Shown piece by piece: positions 1 to 12,918 of a DNA stretch of 64,000 bases (position 1 is its first letter; each line of letters opens with the position of its first letter). The notes under the pieces are model-generated. The model made no database searches. It was not told the DNA's origin and saw only the letters and a list, made by a program, of their open reading frames with translations. The stretch spans positions 28,210,001-28,274,000 of the forward strand of contig OX597834.1 of assembly GCA_951406725.2 (NCBI GenBank), written 5' to 3'. Made by a program: the position numbers and the translations under genes. The stretch is from Octopus vulgaris (taxonomy: Eukaryota).

Positions 1-284
1 TGCTGCTCGAGCAACTTAAAACAATCCAAGTCAGCTTCCAGTTAAACACAGAGAACAAACACAGACAAAATGGAACATCAGTTTGCCACACACCTCGCCA
101 CCCCCCACACCCTTAAGTACCCGCCCCAACACCCTGAAGCACCTCACCTTGGCAGGGAAAAAAGCCAACCCACCCACAAACAGTAACCCTAACCCCTCCC
201 TGGCATGCTAGATTTTTGATGTAACCACTGTTACAACACATTATGTAGATATACACACATCCTTGCTGAACAACAATCTTCAAT

Positions 285-540
285 CCTCTCTTTCTGTCTA
301 TCTCTCAATCGCTGTCTGTCTGTCTGTCACTTTCTCTCTCTCTCTAACTGTCTATCTATCTATATCTTCCTCTCTCTCTATCTGTCTATCTCTCAATCTC
401 TCTCTCTCTATCTATCTATCTATATCTCCCTCTCTCTCTATCTGTCTATCTCTCTCTCTCCCTCTCTATCTATCTATCTCTCTCTTTCTGTCTATCTCTC
501 AATTGCTGTCTGTCTGTCTGTCACTTTCTCTCTCTCTCTG
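285..540. repeat. (CT)n/(CTAT)n compound microsatellite
   Basis: Directly visible pyrimidine-rich tandem repeats; explains ORF 263..541. Confidence 0.9.
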
Positions 541-584
541 AGTTAAGTAACCTAAAACATGTAGTAGCAGATCTGATCTGCTGA

Positions 585-1460
585 TTACACACACACACAC
601 ACAGACACACACAAACACAGAACATTCACAAACACACACCCACATTTACACGCAATCACACACATTCACAAACAACATAAAGCACATACATATACAAGCA
701 AAAGTTCACAAACGCATATTCTCATAGAGCCACATGCGCACACATACACGCACACATTCTCACAGACACACCCACATTTAAACACATTTTCATATGCACA
801 CGCACACGCACACACATACGCATCTGCAAAGAGCAAGCTGCTCGCATACACATACATTTACACATGTGCATACACACACACACATTCACACCAACAATAA
901 CATTCACGCACACACACATTTAAACACATTTTCACATGCACACATATTACACACACATACGCATCCGCAAAGAGCAAACTGCTCGCATACACACACATTT
1001 ACACATGTGCATACACACACACACATTCACACCAACAATAACATTCACACAGACACACACACACACACATTTATATATGCTCTGACATAACATACATTCA
1101 CACACACACACACATCCACAAGGAGCAAACTGCTCGTATACACACACATTTACACATGTGTATACACACACACACACACATTTATATATGCTATGACATA
1201 ACATACATTCACACACACACAAACACACACACACACACAGAAAACAAACAACACTCATATACACATACATTCATAAATATGTGTTGACATAGTCACACAT
1301 GCATTCATACACACACACACACACATACACACACAGATGCATGGCATAACTACATTCACGCAAACACACCCAAATTTACACACATGCACGAAAGACAATA
1401 ACCAGACAGACACATACTTCACCAAAAGCACATTCATAGGGTCTCACACACACATACACT
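585..1460. repeat. CA-rich low-complexity block with a ~145-bp higher-order unit (about 3 copies)
   Basis: Anchor 'gagcaa(g/a)ctgctcg(c/t)atacac' recurs near 831, 972 and 1123. Confidence 0.85.
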
Positions 1461-1619
1461 TATACAAAAAAAAATCCACACATATGGTAAACAGATACAG
1501 AAACATTGCGATATTTTAAATATCATACAGAAGAGCATAATCTACATCATTAACAAAGCAAACTTAAATACAGCTTTATAAAAATAAACACCCAGCCAGT
1601 AGGGTGTTTAAATGAGCAG

Positions 1620-1621
<2 letters not shown>

Positions 1622-1705
<84 letters not shown>

Positions 1706-2180
1706 GTGTATATATATACATATATATATACCCATATATACACACACACACATATATATACATATATACACATACATATATATATATACACATATATATA
1801 TACATATATATATACACATACATATACACACACATATATACATACATACATACATACACATACATATACACACACATATATACATACATACATACATACA
1901 TACATTCATATATACATACATACATACATACATATACATACATACATACATATATATACATACATATACATACATACATACATATATATACATACATATA
2001 TGTACATACATATATATACATACATATATATACACATACATACATATATATACACATACATACATATACATACATACACATACATACTTACATATATGTA
2101 TATATATATATACATACATGCAAACACACACAGACACACACACACGTGTGTGTACATGCATGTGTGTATGTGTGTGAGTG
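1622..2180. repeat. (TA)n/(TACA)n/(CA)n compound microsatellite
   Basis: Visible repeats; source of the YI/TH/CV-type ORFs. Confidence 0.95.
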
Positions 2181-2199
2181 AAATAGATAGCAGTGAGTG

Positions 2200-3260
2200 A
2201 AGCGACAGTATGCATGTTTAAAAATAAACACCCATGCAGAGGTGTTTAAGCGACAGTGTACAACAATGTGAAACAGATAGCTGTATGTATATAACGAAAG
2301 CATGCATGTATGTATATTTGCTTCTACATAAGACACCCATAGAACCATAGAAGTGTGTTTAAATGACAATGCGTGCCAGTGTGTTCGTGTGTAAAATAGT
2401 AGGGCAAATTAGACGACAGTACATATATATGCATGCATATATACACAGAATGTATAATATGTGAAATAAAGAGGAAGCAGTGAATTTAGACGACAATAGA
2501 TACATGTGCATATAATGCTGCGTGTAGGATGGGTATATGAAATAGATAATAGCATGTTTAAATTTGAATTTAAACCATTTGTTTATAATGCTGAGTGTAG
2601 AATATATGAAAATACATAGCAGTTTAAACAAGTGTATATGGATGTTGATAAAGTGTGTAGATTTTGTGAAATATATATATATATATATGTGGGAGAGTGT
2701 ATAAATGACTGTATATGTGTGTTGTTATATATAAATAGTAGTCCATTTAGATGACAGTATATATATACGTGGATGTTGGTAAAGTGTGTACAATATACGT
2801 TTCTTTATTACCCACAAGGGGCTAAACATAGAGGGGACAAACAAGGACAGACAAACAGATTAAGTCGATTACATCGGCCCCAGTGCGTAACTGGTACTTA
2901 ATTTATCGACCCCGAAGGGATGAAAGGCAAATTTGACCTCGGCGAAATTTGAACCTCGGCGGAATGTGTGTACAATATATAAATATATATAGACAGTAAT
3001 ATATGAATGTAAATAATATAAATAGTAAAGTGCTTAAATTAGCGTATATATAATGTGTTGGTAAGTGTAGAATATAAGAAATACACAAAGAGCAGTGCGT
3101 TTAAATGACAGTGTGTATATTTGTTGATAAAGTGTATTGAATAGTTGAATGTATATACATAAATTTGTAAATAGATAAATAATAGGGTTGTTTATATATG
3201 TAAATATATAAATGACAGTGAATATATTGTTGATAAAGTATGTAGAATGCGTGAAATTTG
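2200..3260. repeat. Highly degenerate satellite-like array, interrupted by a family B SINE
   Basis: Recurrent 'tttaaatgacagtg...tgttg(a/g)taaagtgtgtaga'-like motifs near 2357, 2623, 2746, 3100 and 3209. Confidence 0.55.
2800..2965 (-). mobile_element. SINE family B, 5'-truncated
   Basis: Reverse complement of the B body and 3' end (gcctttcatccc..gggtcgataaattaagtaccag...ccccttgtgggtaataaagaaa). Confidence 0.85.
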
Positions 3261-3314
3261 AGTGAGAAGCAGTAGTGCGAATAGCAGCAGCATATTGCAA
3301 GAATGGAATGTACA

Positions 3315-4035
3315 GGTGTGAGTGTGTGTGTGTGTGAGAGAGAGAGAGAAAGAGAGTGTGTGTGTGAGAGAGAGAGAGAGAGAGAAAGAGAGTGTGTGAG
3401 AGAGAGAGAGAGAGAGAAAGAGAGTGTGTGTGTGTGTATCTGAGAGTGTGAGATGAAAGTGAGAGAGAGAGAGAGAGTGTGTGTGTGTGTATCTGAGAGT
3501 GTGAGATGAAACTGAGTGAAAGTGAGTGAGTGAGAGAGAGAGAGAGTGTGTGTGTGAGTATCTGAGAGTGTGAGATGAAAGTGAGAGAGAGAGAGAGTGT
3601 GTGTGTGTGTATGTGTGTATGAAAGAAAATATGAGTGAATGTGAGTGAGAAAGATAATGTGTGTATGTGTGTGTACACGTGCACTTGTCAGAGTGTCTGT
3701 ACATGTCTGTGTGTACAAGAGTGTGTGAGTGTATTTGTGAGTGAGATGAAAATGAGTGAATGAGAGAGAGAGTGTGTATCTAAGAGTGTGAGATGAAACT
3801 GAGTGAGTGAAAGTGAGTGAGTGAGAGAGAGAGAGTGTGTGTGTGTGAGTATCTGAGAGTGTGAGATGAAAGTGAGTGAGTGAGAGAGAGAGAGTGTGTG
3901 TGTGTGTATGAGAGAAAATGTGAGTGAATGTGAGTGAGAAAAATAGTGTGTATATGTGTGTACACGTGCACATGTCTAAGCGTGTCTGTACATATGTCTG
4001 TGTGTAGGAGAGAGAGAGTGTGTGTGTGTGTGTGT
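3315..4035. repeat. (GA)n/(GT)n compound minisatellite
   Basis: Anchor 'atctgagagtgtgagatgaaa' (or a 1-nt variant) recurs 5 times between dinucleotide runs. Confidence 0.9.
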
Positions 4036-4204
4036 TTGAATCCCTGATTCTATAAAGGGATGCACTAAAAGGAATGTCATAGGGAAGGGGATATAATTCC
4101 ATTATCTTGATTGACTGAACAGTGGTGGTGGTGGTGGTGTTGGTGGTGGAAAAAGGGGAAGAAAAAATGGTGCCGCGGAAGTAGGAGTAATCTTGCTCCC
4201 TCTG

Positions 4205-4390
4205 GTTGTTGTTGTTGTTTAGCCCCCCCCCCCCCCCGGCCACTGGTTGAGGAGACTCTATGATCAAAAGTGTTTCAACCTTGACCATCCCATCTATATC
4301 CACACACACACACTCACACAACCACACTACCCCGTTTGGTGGGAGAGGTGGACTGACCTGTTATTTCTAACAGGTCAAGTAAACTGAGTG
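4205..4390 (-). mobile_element. Old interspersed repeat family F with (CAA)n tail
   Basis: Reverse complement of 'acctgctagaaatagcagc...tttgatcatag...ggggctaaacaacaac'; related pieces near 10706, 10918, 33215, 41920-42100, 56670, 59637 and 61645. Confidence 0.6.
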
Positions 4391-4419
4391 GAGGATTCCT
4401 TGCTGGCTTGTAGGGATAA

Positions 4420-4760
4420 GGGTGGTGGTAGCGGTAGTGGTGGTGGTGGTAGCGGTAGTGGTGGTGGTGGTAGCGGTAGTGGTGGTGGTGGTGGTGGTGG
4501 TGGTAGTAGTAGAGAGATCAATGATGCCAGGGAGTTGTGACTGCTGTTGTTATGGTAGTGAATATGAGGAGGAGTGGACAGAGACAGAGAGAGTGAAAAG
4601 AGGGAAGGAAAGAGAGTGAGAAAGGGGTAAAAGAAGGAAGCTTTTAACACAGGGAGAGGAAAGGAAAGAAGGAAGGAAGAAAGGAAGGAAGGAAGGAAGG
4701 AAGGAAGGAAGGAAGGAAGGAAGGAAGGAAGAAAGGAAGGAAGGAAGGAAGGAAAGTATG
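4420..4760. repeat. (GGT)n and (GGAA)n microsatellites
   Basis: Visible tandem repeats. Confidence 0.9.
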
Positions 4761-5233
4761 AGAGATGAAATGGGGGGGAAGGGCGAAGAATGAAAAAAGA
4801 TGAGAAATACAGGATGAAAGAGGATGAAGGAGTAAGGATTGAAAGGAAAGAGAGAGGGTCAGAGAATTGGAAGCAATGCAGTAAGGAATGAGGTAAGGAA
4901 GAAAGTGAGGAAGACAAGGAAAGAGGTGGAGGAAGAGTTTTCCATTCTATTGATCCCTGCCAGCACTTCCCTTTCACCTGTCTGTGTAATCTATCTATCT
5001 AAATATCTATCAATCAATTTCTCTCTCTCTCTCTCTCTCTCTCTACATATCTATCTATCTATCTACATACATATTTTTTTTATCCCCCCCCTTTTTTTGT
5101 CCTCTTTCTTTCCATTTACGACCCCTTTTGATCGAAAACCAAACCCCCTTCTTTTACCCCCAAAAGAAAAGCTCTACCTTGTAATTTTGTCCTGTCTGTG
5201 TGCAGCCCTGTGTGGCTAATAAAGAAACATATC

Positions 5234-5278
<45 letters not shown>

Positions 5279-5649
5279 CCATATTCCCTGAAAACTAAAG
5301 GGATTTACCATCCACCCCACCACAACCCCTGCAAACACATCTAGCAAGGTTACAGCAGTAATCCAGTAAACAACAACTTAACTGCAACAAAACCCCTAGC
5401 TATGAGATTAAGCTGACGGATTAATCAGATCAGCAGAAGAGGACCAGCTGAATAAACAAACACCAGGAGCCCTCATTGTCTTAAAGATGAATAAACTAAC
5501 AAACTGTGACCATCAATTGGAATCAAAGGTGACTTGATAACATAGACCCCCTCTTTCGCTAGTTATTTTAGGTGTCAAAGTGGTCACAAGCAGACAGAGA
5601 CAGTGTCTTGACCCTCCTGCCCTTGAACCTCTGGATCATCCCAAATGAG

Positions 5650-6190
5650 TCTCTCTTTTTCTCCCAGCTGGAGGGAGGACATTGTACCAGTACTCAGCTG
5701 GTACTTCCTTTACTGATCCTGAAAGAATTGAAGGCAGAATCAATCTTGGTTTGATTTGAACTCAAAGCTCAACGAGTTAAAATATTAGTTTCAAATTTTG
5801 GCATCAAGGGTGGGGATGGGTTATAGTGTAAGTCAATTACATTGACCCCAGGACTCAACTGGTACTTATTTTATCGGCCCCAGAAAGATGAAAGTTAAAG
5901 TCGACCTTGGTGGAATCTGAACTCAGAACACGAATATAGATGAAATGCCACTGACCATTTTGTCCAGCAGGCTAACAATTCCACCAGTTCTCCACCTCAG
6001 TTGAACCAAATAGTCAGTTCTACTATAGGCACAGGGCCAGCAATTTTGGGGGAGGAAGTAAGAAAATTACATCAACCCCCAGTTCGCAACTGGTACGTAT
6101 TTTATCAACCCCGGAAGGATGAAGCCAAGGTCAACCTCACCGGGATTTGAACTCAGAACATACGAACTCAGAAATTCCGCAATGCCTTAT
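5650..6190 (-). mobile_element. Cluster of about 3 diverged family B SINEs (older 3' variant)
   Basis: 'ctggtacttattttatc..ccc..aa.gatgaaag..aaagtc.acct...g.atttgaactcaga' repeated. Confidence 0.75.
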
Positions 6191-6371
6191 GTTTGAAACA
6201 TATATTGTAATGCATTTAATCCAATATTCTAATGACTCCATTAATTGACCAAGATTTAAGAATATGGTTGGTTCTATTAGATAGCTATTTGGCAACAGAG
6301 GAAATTATATAACATAGATGATAGATTTAAAGAGAATCTACAAAAATCATGAGCTGACAAGAGACCCACGA

Positions 6372-6597
6372 AAGTAGTTCTCAACCCTTTTTTACCTATG
6401 GACCCCTTTGATTTTGATTTTACTCTACTGGTCCCTCCTAGCCATTCAGTATTTAAAAAAAAAAAAAATTATATTTTTATAATTAAATATTATTGGAAAT
6501 AGCATAAAAAAATTTGTTGGAATAATTTGTGTATTGTCGAAGTATAACCAATTTATTGCAGATAAATTTTAGCATGGAACCCCGTTGAGAACCATTG
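6372..6597. mobile_element. hAT-type MITE
   Basis: Imperfect TIRs 'aagtagttctcaac' / 'gttgagaaccattg', resembling CAGTGGTTCTCAAC ends; related copy in opposite orientation at 61296-61627. Confidence 0.65.
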
Positions 6598-6613
6598 TTC
6601 TAGATGGTTTTCC

Positions 6614-6781
6614 AATCTCTATGAAAAGGAAGGAACACGTGTGTGTGTGTGTGTGTGTGTGTAGGAATACACATGTGTGTGTGTGTGTCCATCTCTATGA
6701 AAAGGAAGGAACACATGTGTGTGTGTGTGTGTGTAGGAATACACATGTGTGTGTGTGTCCATATCTATGAAAAGGAAGGAA

Positions 6782-6812
<31 letters not shown>

Positions 6813-6890
6813 AGGAATACACATGTGTGTGTGTGTCCATATCTATGAAAAGGAAGGAACACATGTGTGTGTGTGTGTGTGTAGGAATAC

Positions 6891-6928
<38 letters not shown>

Positions 6929-7008
6929 GAATACACGTGTGTGCGTGTGTGTGTGTGTGTAGGAATACACGTGTGTGCGTGTGTGTCCATCTCTATGAAA
7001 AGGAAGGA

Positions 7009-7054
<46 letters not shown>

Positions 7055-7075
7055 ATCTCTATGAAAAGGAAGGAA

Positions 7076-7110
<35 letters not shown>

Positions 7111-7116
7111 GAATAC

Positions 7117-7156
<40 letters not shown>

Positions 7157-7202
7157 GAATACACGTGTGTGCGTGTGTGTCCATCTCTATGAAAAGGAAG
7201 GA

Positions 7203-7240
<38 letters not shown>

Positions 7241-7315
7241 ATCTCTATGAAAAGGAAGGAACACGTGTGTGTGTGTGTGTAAGAATACACATGTGTGTAT
7301 GTGTGTGTCCATCTC
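6614..7315. repeat. Minisatellite of fixed anchors plus variable (GT)n
   Basis: 'ccat(c/a)tctatgaaaaggaaggaacac' about 8 times and 'gtaggaatacac' about 9 times, separated by (GT)n of variable length. Confidence 0.95.
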
Positions 7316-7390
7316 ATGCCAGCATGGAAACTTGGACATTAAACAATGGTGATGATGTGTATGTATAATATCATATATGTACACTCACAT

Positions 7391-7428
<38 letters not shown>

Positions 7429-7844
7429 ATTATATGTGCATATTTGAGTGTGTTTGTGTGTATACGTATGTATGTGTGTGAGACTGTGTAGACATAAAAA
7501 CAAACTGATGCAGATGGCTGTAAAATGCCTCAGCATGATGTCATTGTCTGGACTGTCTGGTGCAAACATACTTACAACAACTAGAACAAACGGTCCAACT
7601 TTGTTGTTTATATTTCACAATGTGGAGTGGGTCCATTACATCATACGACTAGCATTTACAGAGGGTGGCCATGGCCCAGGACTTTCAAATGCCTTTCAAC
7701 AGTGTTATCAGTTCTTATTCAGAGCTACTGCCCCTAATAGCCTGGGTACTCTGGAGCTGAATCTGGTTTCTCTCCCATTTTGATCAGGGTTTCGGGGACT
7801 GGATGACTTTCTAATCCCCAACATATCAATCTCTTTCCCTCTCT

Positions 7845-7853
7845 CTCTCACAC

Positions 7854-7884
<31 letters not shown>

Positions 7885-7957
7885 TATACACACCCAGATA
7901 TACACGTATATGTTTATACATAGACAAGTATAAGTATAAACACACACATACATATAA

Positions 7958-8005
<48 letters not shown>

Positions 8006-8415
8006 ATACATACAAATGTATAAACACAAACACATGTGTGTGTGTGTGTGTGCATGCGACAGAGAGAGTGAGTGTGTGTGTATACTCATACATATATTAC
8101 ATACACATTGGTACACACACATATACACACCCAGATATACACGTATATATTTATACATAGATATGTATAAGTATAAACACACATATAAGTATAAACGCAC
8201 ATAAATACAAATATATATATATATATATACATACATATGCACAAATGTATAAACACAAACACATGTGCATATGTGTGTGTGTGTGTGTGCGTGCGCGACC
8301 AAGAGAGTGAGTGTGTGTGTATACTCATACATATATCACATACACATTGATACACACACATATATAAGCACATACATATGTATACATTTATTACAGACAT
8401 ACACAAAAATACACA

Positions 8416-8449
<34 letters not shown>

Positions 8450-8465
8450 TACACAAAAATACACA

Positions 8466-8499
<34 letters not shown>

Positions 8500-8515
8500 T
8501 ACACAAAAATACACA

Positions 8516-8551
<36 letters not shown>

Positions 8552-8719
8552 TACACAAAAATACACACTCTCTCTCTCTCACTCACACACACACACACAC
8601 ACATACACAAAAATACACTCTCTCTCTCTCACTCACACACACACACACACATACACAAAAATACACACTCTCTCTCTCTCACTCTCACACACACACACAC
8701 ACATACACAAAAATACACA

Positions 8720-8755
<36 letters not shown>

Positions 8756-8930
8756 TACACAAAAATACACACTCTCTCTCTCTCTCACTCACACACACAC
8801 ACACATACACAAAAATACACTCTCTCTCTCTCACTCACACACACACACAAAAATACACTCTCTCTCTCACTCACACACACACACACACACAAATACACAC
8901 TCTCTCTCTCTCACTCACACACACACACAC
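7845..8930. repeat. Duplicated ~235-bp CA/TA-rich unit followed by a ~50-bp minisatellite
   Basis: 'cacccagatatacacgtatat' near 7891 and 8128; 'atacacaaaaatacac(tc)n(ac)n' about 10 times from 8396. Confidence 0.9.
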
Positions 8931-9307
8931 AGCTTCCATCATGAATAAAAGAGGACTTGTTACATGTCAATGCTAATTGTTATCAGCATTCTCCACCATC
9001 ATCATTACCATTATCATCATCATCATCATCATCATCACAGACATCCATCATCACCACCATGACCACCACCACCAACAACAACTACCATGCTCCTCACACT
9101 GATGAAGAAACAGATAACCAGCTGAACACCAGCCAACAGACACAAGACTAAGCTGTAGAGGTGGGAACGGGGTGGGTGAGAGGGTGGGCAGTGGCTCTTT
9201 TTGTTGTTTCATTCTACGGGGTGCAGGGTGGGGGCAGAGGAGTAGCTGGGATTTTCTGCTTTATTTATCATTCTCCTCCCCCCTCCCACTGCAGATGGAA
9301 TGCAGGT

Positions 9308-9719
9308 TTACTCTTTACTCTTTTACTCTTTTACTTGTTTCAGTCATTTGACTGCGGCCATGCTGGAGCACCGCCTTCAGTCAAGCAAATCGACCCCAGG
9401 ACTTATTCTTTGTAAGCCCAGTACTTATTCTATCGGTCTCTTTTGCCGAACCGCTAAGTGACGGGGACGTAAACACACCAGCATCGGTTGTCAAGCAATG
9501 CTAGGGGGACAAACATAGACACACAAACATACACACACATATACATATATATATATACAACAGGCTTCTTTCAGTTTCCGTCTACCAAATCCACTCACAA
9601 GGCATTGGTCGGCTCGAGGCTATAGCAGAAGACACTTGCCCAAGATGCCACGCAGTGGGACTGAACCCGGAACCATGTGGTTGGTAAACAAGCTACTTAC
9701 CACACAGCCACTCCTGCGC
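9308..9719 (-). mobile_element. SINE family A (tRNA-derived, CORE-like segment), near full length
   Basis: Head gcgcaggagtggctgtgtgg (A box), ggttcagtccc (B box), 'cttgggcaagtgtcttct', internal (TA/TG)n and (gtaaaaga)n tail; near-identical to more than 10 other copies. Confidence 0.95.
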
Positions 9720-9933
9720 TTGTTTTATTATATTTTGTCATGGGGGGTGAGGTTAGTATGTGCATGTGTGTGCATAAGGGTCCTTAACTTTTTTTTCTGT
9801 TCAAAGCATTTTCACAAGTCTATCCTAAATGTCCACACTTGTGTTCAAACTCCTCTCATACAATCTGAGTAATATAAAGCTTTCTTTTCATAAGTCCCAA
9901 GTTTCTCTGGTAGTTGAGAAAAAAAACTGAGTA

Positions 9934-10520
9934 TCATCATCATCATCATCATCATTTAACGTCCGTTCTCCATGCTAGCATGGGTTGGATGGTTCGACCG
10001 GGGATCTGGGAAGCCAGATGGCTGCACCAGGCTCCAGTCTGATCTGGCAGTGTTTCTACAGCTGGATGCCCTTCCTAACGCCAACCACTCCGTGAGTGTA
10101 GTGGGTGCTTTTTACGTGCCACCGGCACAGGTGCCTGGGGAGGCTGGCAGTGACCACAATCGGTTGGTGCTTTTTACGTGCCACCAGCACAAAACACAGA
10201 GCATCTCAAAATAAATACAGTAACAATTGTGTTAATGGCTCCTTCCTTGTCTTGTTGCATTTATGATATCAAAGTATCTGAGTGAGGTTTGGTTGCTATT
10301 TCTGACAAGATAATTGAGTAACTATATGGTGAGGCTGGCAACGGCCATGATCGGATTGGTGCATTTTACGTGCCACCGGCACAGAAGCCAGTCAAGGCAG
10401 CACTGGCATCAGCCACAATTCAGATGGTGCTTTTTATGTACCACCGGCACGGAAGCCAGTCTAGGCGGTGCTGGCATCGGCCACGATTCGGATGGTGCTT
10501 TTTACGTACCACCAGCACAG
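9934..10520 (-). mobile_element. SINE-like family D with (ATG)n tail and internal 62-68-bp tandem units, interrupted by a copied segment at ~10190-10327
   Basis: Reverse complement of 'ggtggcacgtaaaaagcacc...ggcgttaggaagggcatccagctgtagaaac...ggacgttaaatgatgatg'; unit core at 10116, 10178, 10370, 10438 and 10506. Confidence 0.85.
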
Positions 10521-11244
10521 GGATCACAACTGCAGTTTCCATTGATTTTGATGTTGGTGTACTTGAAGTATGTGTATTATATTTGATGCATAGACACCAG
10601 GGTAATATGTCCCACATATCACGATACACAGACAGGCGAAAGATTAACATCGCCACCAACAATACCCTAGATAACACAATAAGGAAGCTGCCACGTGGTC
10701 ATTAACTTTGCTAGAAATGACAGCTAAATCTTCATTCATCAAACACACGACTCTTGTTATGTAAAGAACATTGAATTATGTGGAACAGGGTTCTCTGTAT
10801 ATAGAGAAAAATATTGGATGGGCATGCTTGGAAAGTCTTTGAAAATAGGTCTACTGGATCAGAACTGACCAAAAGATAAACAGTTTCAAGAACAACAGGA
10901 AGCTTCCATACAGTCATTTAACCTGCTAGAAATAGCAGTCAAATTTCCCTCAAATCATGTTATCTTAAAGAAGGAAAGGGTACATTGGTAATGCAGTCTT
11001 ACACACATACATAAACAGCTAATATATATATAGTATATGTAAATATTTGTATACATATGCTTATCCATATACAAATGCACACACACACAAATACATGCAT
11101 GCATCCAACCATACATACATACATATATGTATACATATACATTAGACATTTGGAGCAAGATGTGGCCCTCCAACCTGTTGCATCCTGTCATACCATCCAA
11201 ACCATTCCAGCAGGGAAAACAGACATACAACGATAATGATGATG

Positions 11245-11815
11245 GTAATGAATGATCATGGGATTGCACCTAGAAAGTTCCCCTCCTAGGCACAGGTCCA
11301 AGCAAGGTTGTTTATGGCAGAAACGTTAGCACGCCGGATGAATTGCTTAGCAGTATTTCGTCTGTCGTTACGTTGTGAGTTCAAATTCCGCCGAGGTTGA
11401 CTTTGCCTTTCATCCTTTCGGGGTCGATAAATTAAGTACCAGTTCCGCACTGGGGTCGATAAATTAATTACCAGTTCCGCACTAGGGTCGATGTAATCGA
11501 CTTAATACCTATGTCTGTCCTTGTTTGTCCCCTCTATGTTTAGCCCCTTGTGGGTAATAAAGAAATAGGTCACCCATGCATACCAGCCTATCCATCTCCA
11601 ACATCACTGATGTTATCCAAGAGAAAGGCAAAGGAGCCAATACAGCTTCGCACCAGTGGCATTGCAACTCATTTCTACAGTTGAGCGAACTGCAGGAATG
11701 TGAAATAAAGTATCTTTCTCAAGAACACAACACACAGCCCAGTACAGGAATCAAACCCACTACCTCATGATTCTGAGCCCGACACTCAAACCACTGAGCC
11801 ATGCACCTTCACATG
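11245..11815 (-). mobile_element. Old tRNA-headed SINE family G, interrupted by a family B SINE
   Basis: Minus strand reads 'tggctcagtgg...ggtttgattcc...gtgttcttgagaaagatactttatttcaca'; similar head and core at 44757-44890. Confidence 0.7.
11315..11567 (+). mobile_element. SINE family B with internal ~34-bp duplication
   Basis: tggcagaaacgttagc (A-box-like), gagttcaaattcc (B box), 'gactttgcctttcatcctttcggggtcgataaattaagtacc' (resembles the Deu/Nin domain as recalled). Confidence 0.92.
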
Positions 11816-12094
11816 CCTATAGATCACTCTTAATCCCCTTACCTGTCCCTGTCTCCATCCCCCTCACATTCACATTCTAGTACCTTGAGGGTATGTCCTG
11901 ACACCCTATCACAACTATCATCATCTCTCCTTTTACCAGGTGGGGCAGTCATGCATCCCATCTAGAGCAAGTCACTTGTTCTTATCCCCTTAGCATATGC
12001 TTGGCTCTCAATACCTGGCACAAGCCACATCCCTCATTACCATACCCACCTCAATCAAGGGATTTTGTCTTGTAAGCTACATGGCAACCTTACA

Positions 12095-12270
12095 AGTGCA
12101 AGTGACATGGAAAAAGCACCCAGTACACTCTGTACAGTAGTTGGTGCCAGGAAGGGCATCCAGTCACAGAAACCTGGCCAAAACAAACACTGGAGCTTGG
12201 CAGTCCCGTAGCCAGCTGGGTCCTGTAAACCATCCAACCTATACCAGCATGATAGATATGTACACATACA
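12095..12270 (+). mobile_element. Diverged family D 3' part
   Basis: 'aaaaagcacccagtacactc...ggaagggcatccag...catccaacctataccagcatg'. Confidence 0.65.
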
Positions 12271-12506
12271 CCATGCAGAGCCTATGAGGGGGAAATCCAG
12301 CCAGTAGATGAGTCCAGGGTTCCAGACACCCCATGACTATTTACTGGGCATTTTGCTTTGAGACCACCACCACTGCTATCCCATCCTGGAACTCCACAGT
12401 TTTGTTCCACATTGCCAAATTTATTTTGCAGGCTCTGCATACATGCACACACAAACACACACACACACACACATAGACTTACACATGCACATGCACACAC
12501 ACACAC

Positions 12507-12903
12507 TTATCTTTTACTTTTAAGCTTTCACTTGTTCCAGTCAATAGATCGTGGCCATGCTGGGGCACCACATTGAAGCATTTTAGTCAGACAAATCAAC
12601 TTCAGTATTTTTCTTTAAGCCTGTTACTTATTCCATCAGTCTCTGTCAAACATTAAGTTACGGGAATGTAAACAAACCAACATCAGTTGTCAAGTAGTGA
12701 TAGGGGACAGACATAGACACACACACACACATACACATACACATGGGCTTCTTTCAATTTCCAACAAGCAAATCCACTCAAAAGGCTTTGGGTGGCCCTA
12801 GGCTAAAATAGAAGACACTTGCCCAAGGTGCCATGTAGTGGGACTGAACCCAGAATCACATGGTTGGGAAGTTAGCTTTTTACCACAGTGTCATGCCTGC
12901 ACC
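12507..12903 (-). mobile_element. SINE family A, diverged
   Basis: Colinear with the family A consensus, with many substitutions. Confidence 0.85.
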
Positions 12904-12918
12904 TATATACATTAAGAA

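Noticed and set aside
184-195. taaccctaaccc telomere-like motif
   Set aside because: Only two units; expected by chance.
3101-4327. Longest ORF (408 aa, minus strand)
   Set aside because: It runs through (GA)n/(GT)n arrays and a family F repeat; no domain or splice support.
4354-4377. Perfect 10-bp inverted repeat tgacctgtta-tttc-taacaggtca
   Set aside because: It lies inside a family F repeat and is a small variant of that repeat's own sequence; no independent evidence of function.
6614-7315. CRISPR-like repeat-spacer appearance (also 10100-10525 and 51715-51950)
   Set aside because: Spacers are microsatellites or mutually homologous, the context is eukaryotic and there are no cas genes.
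7490-7825. Complex sequence containing ORF 7448..7783
   Set aside because: No recognisable protein motif; the minus-strand end resembles a decayed D-type motif, so it is probably an old repeat.
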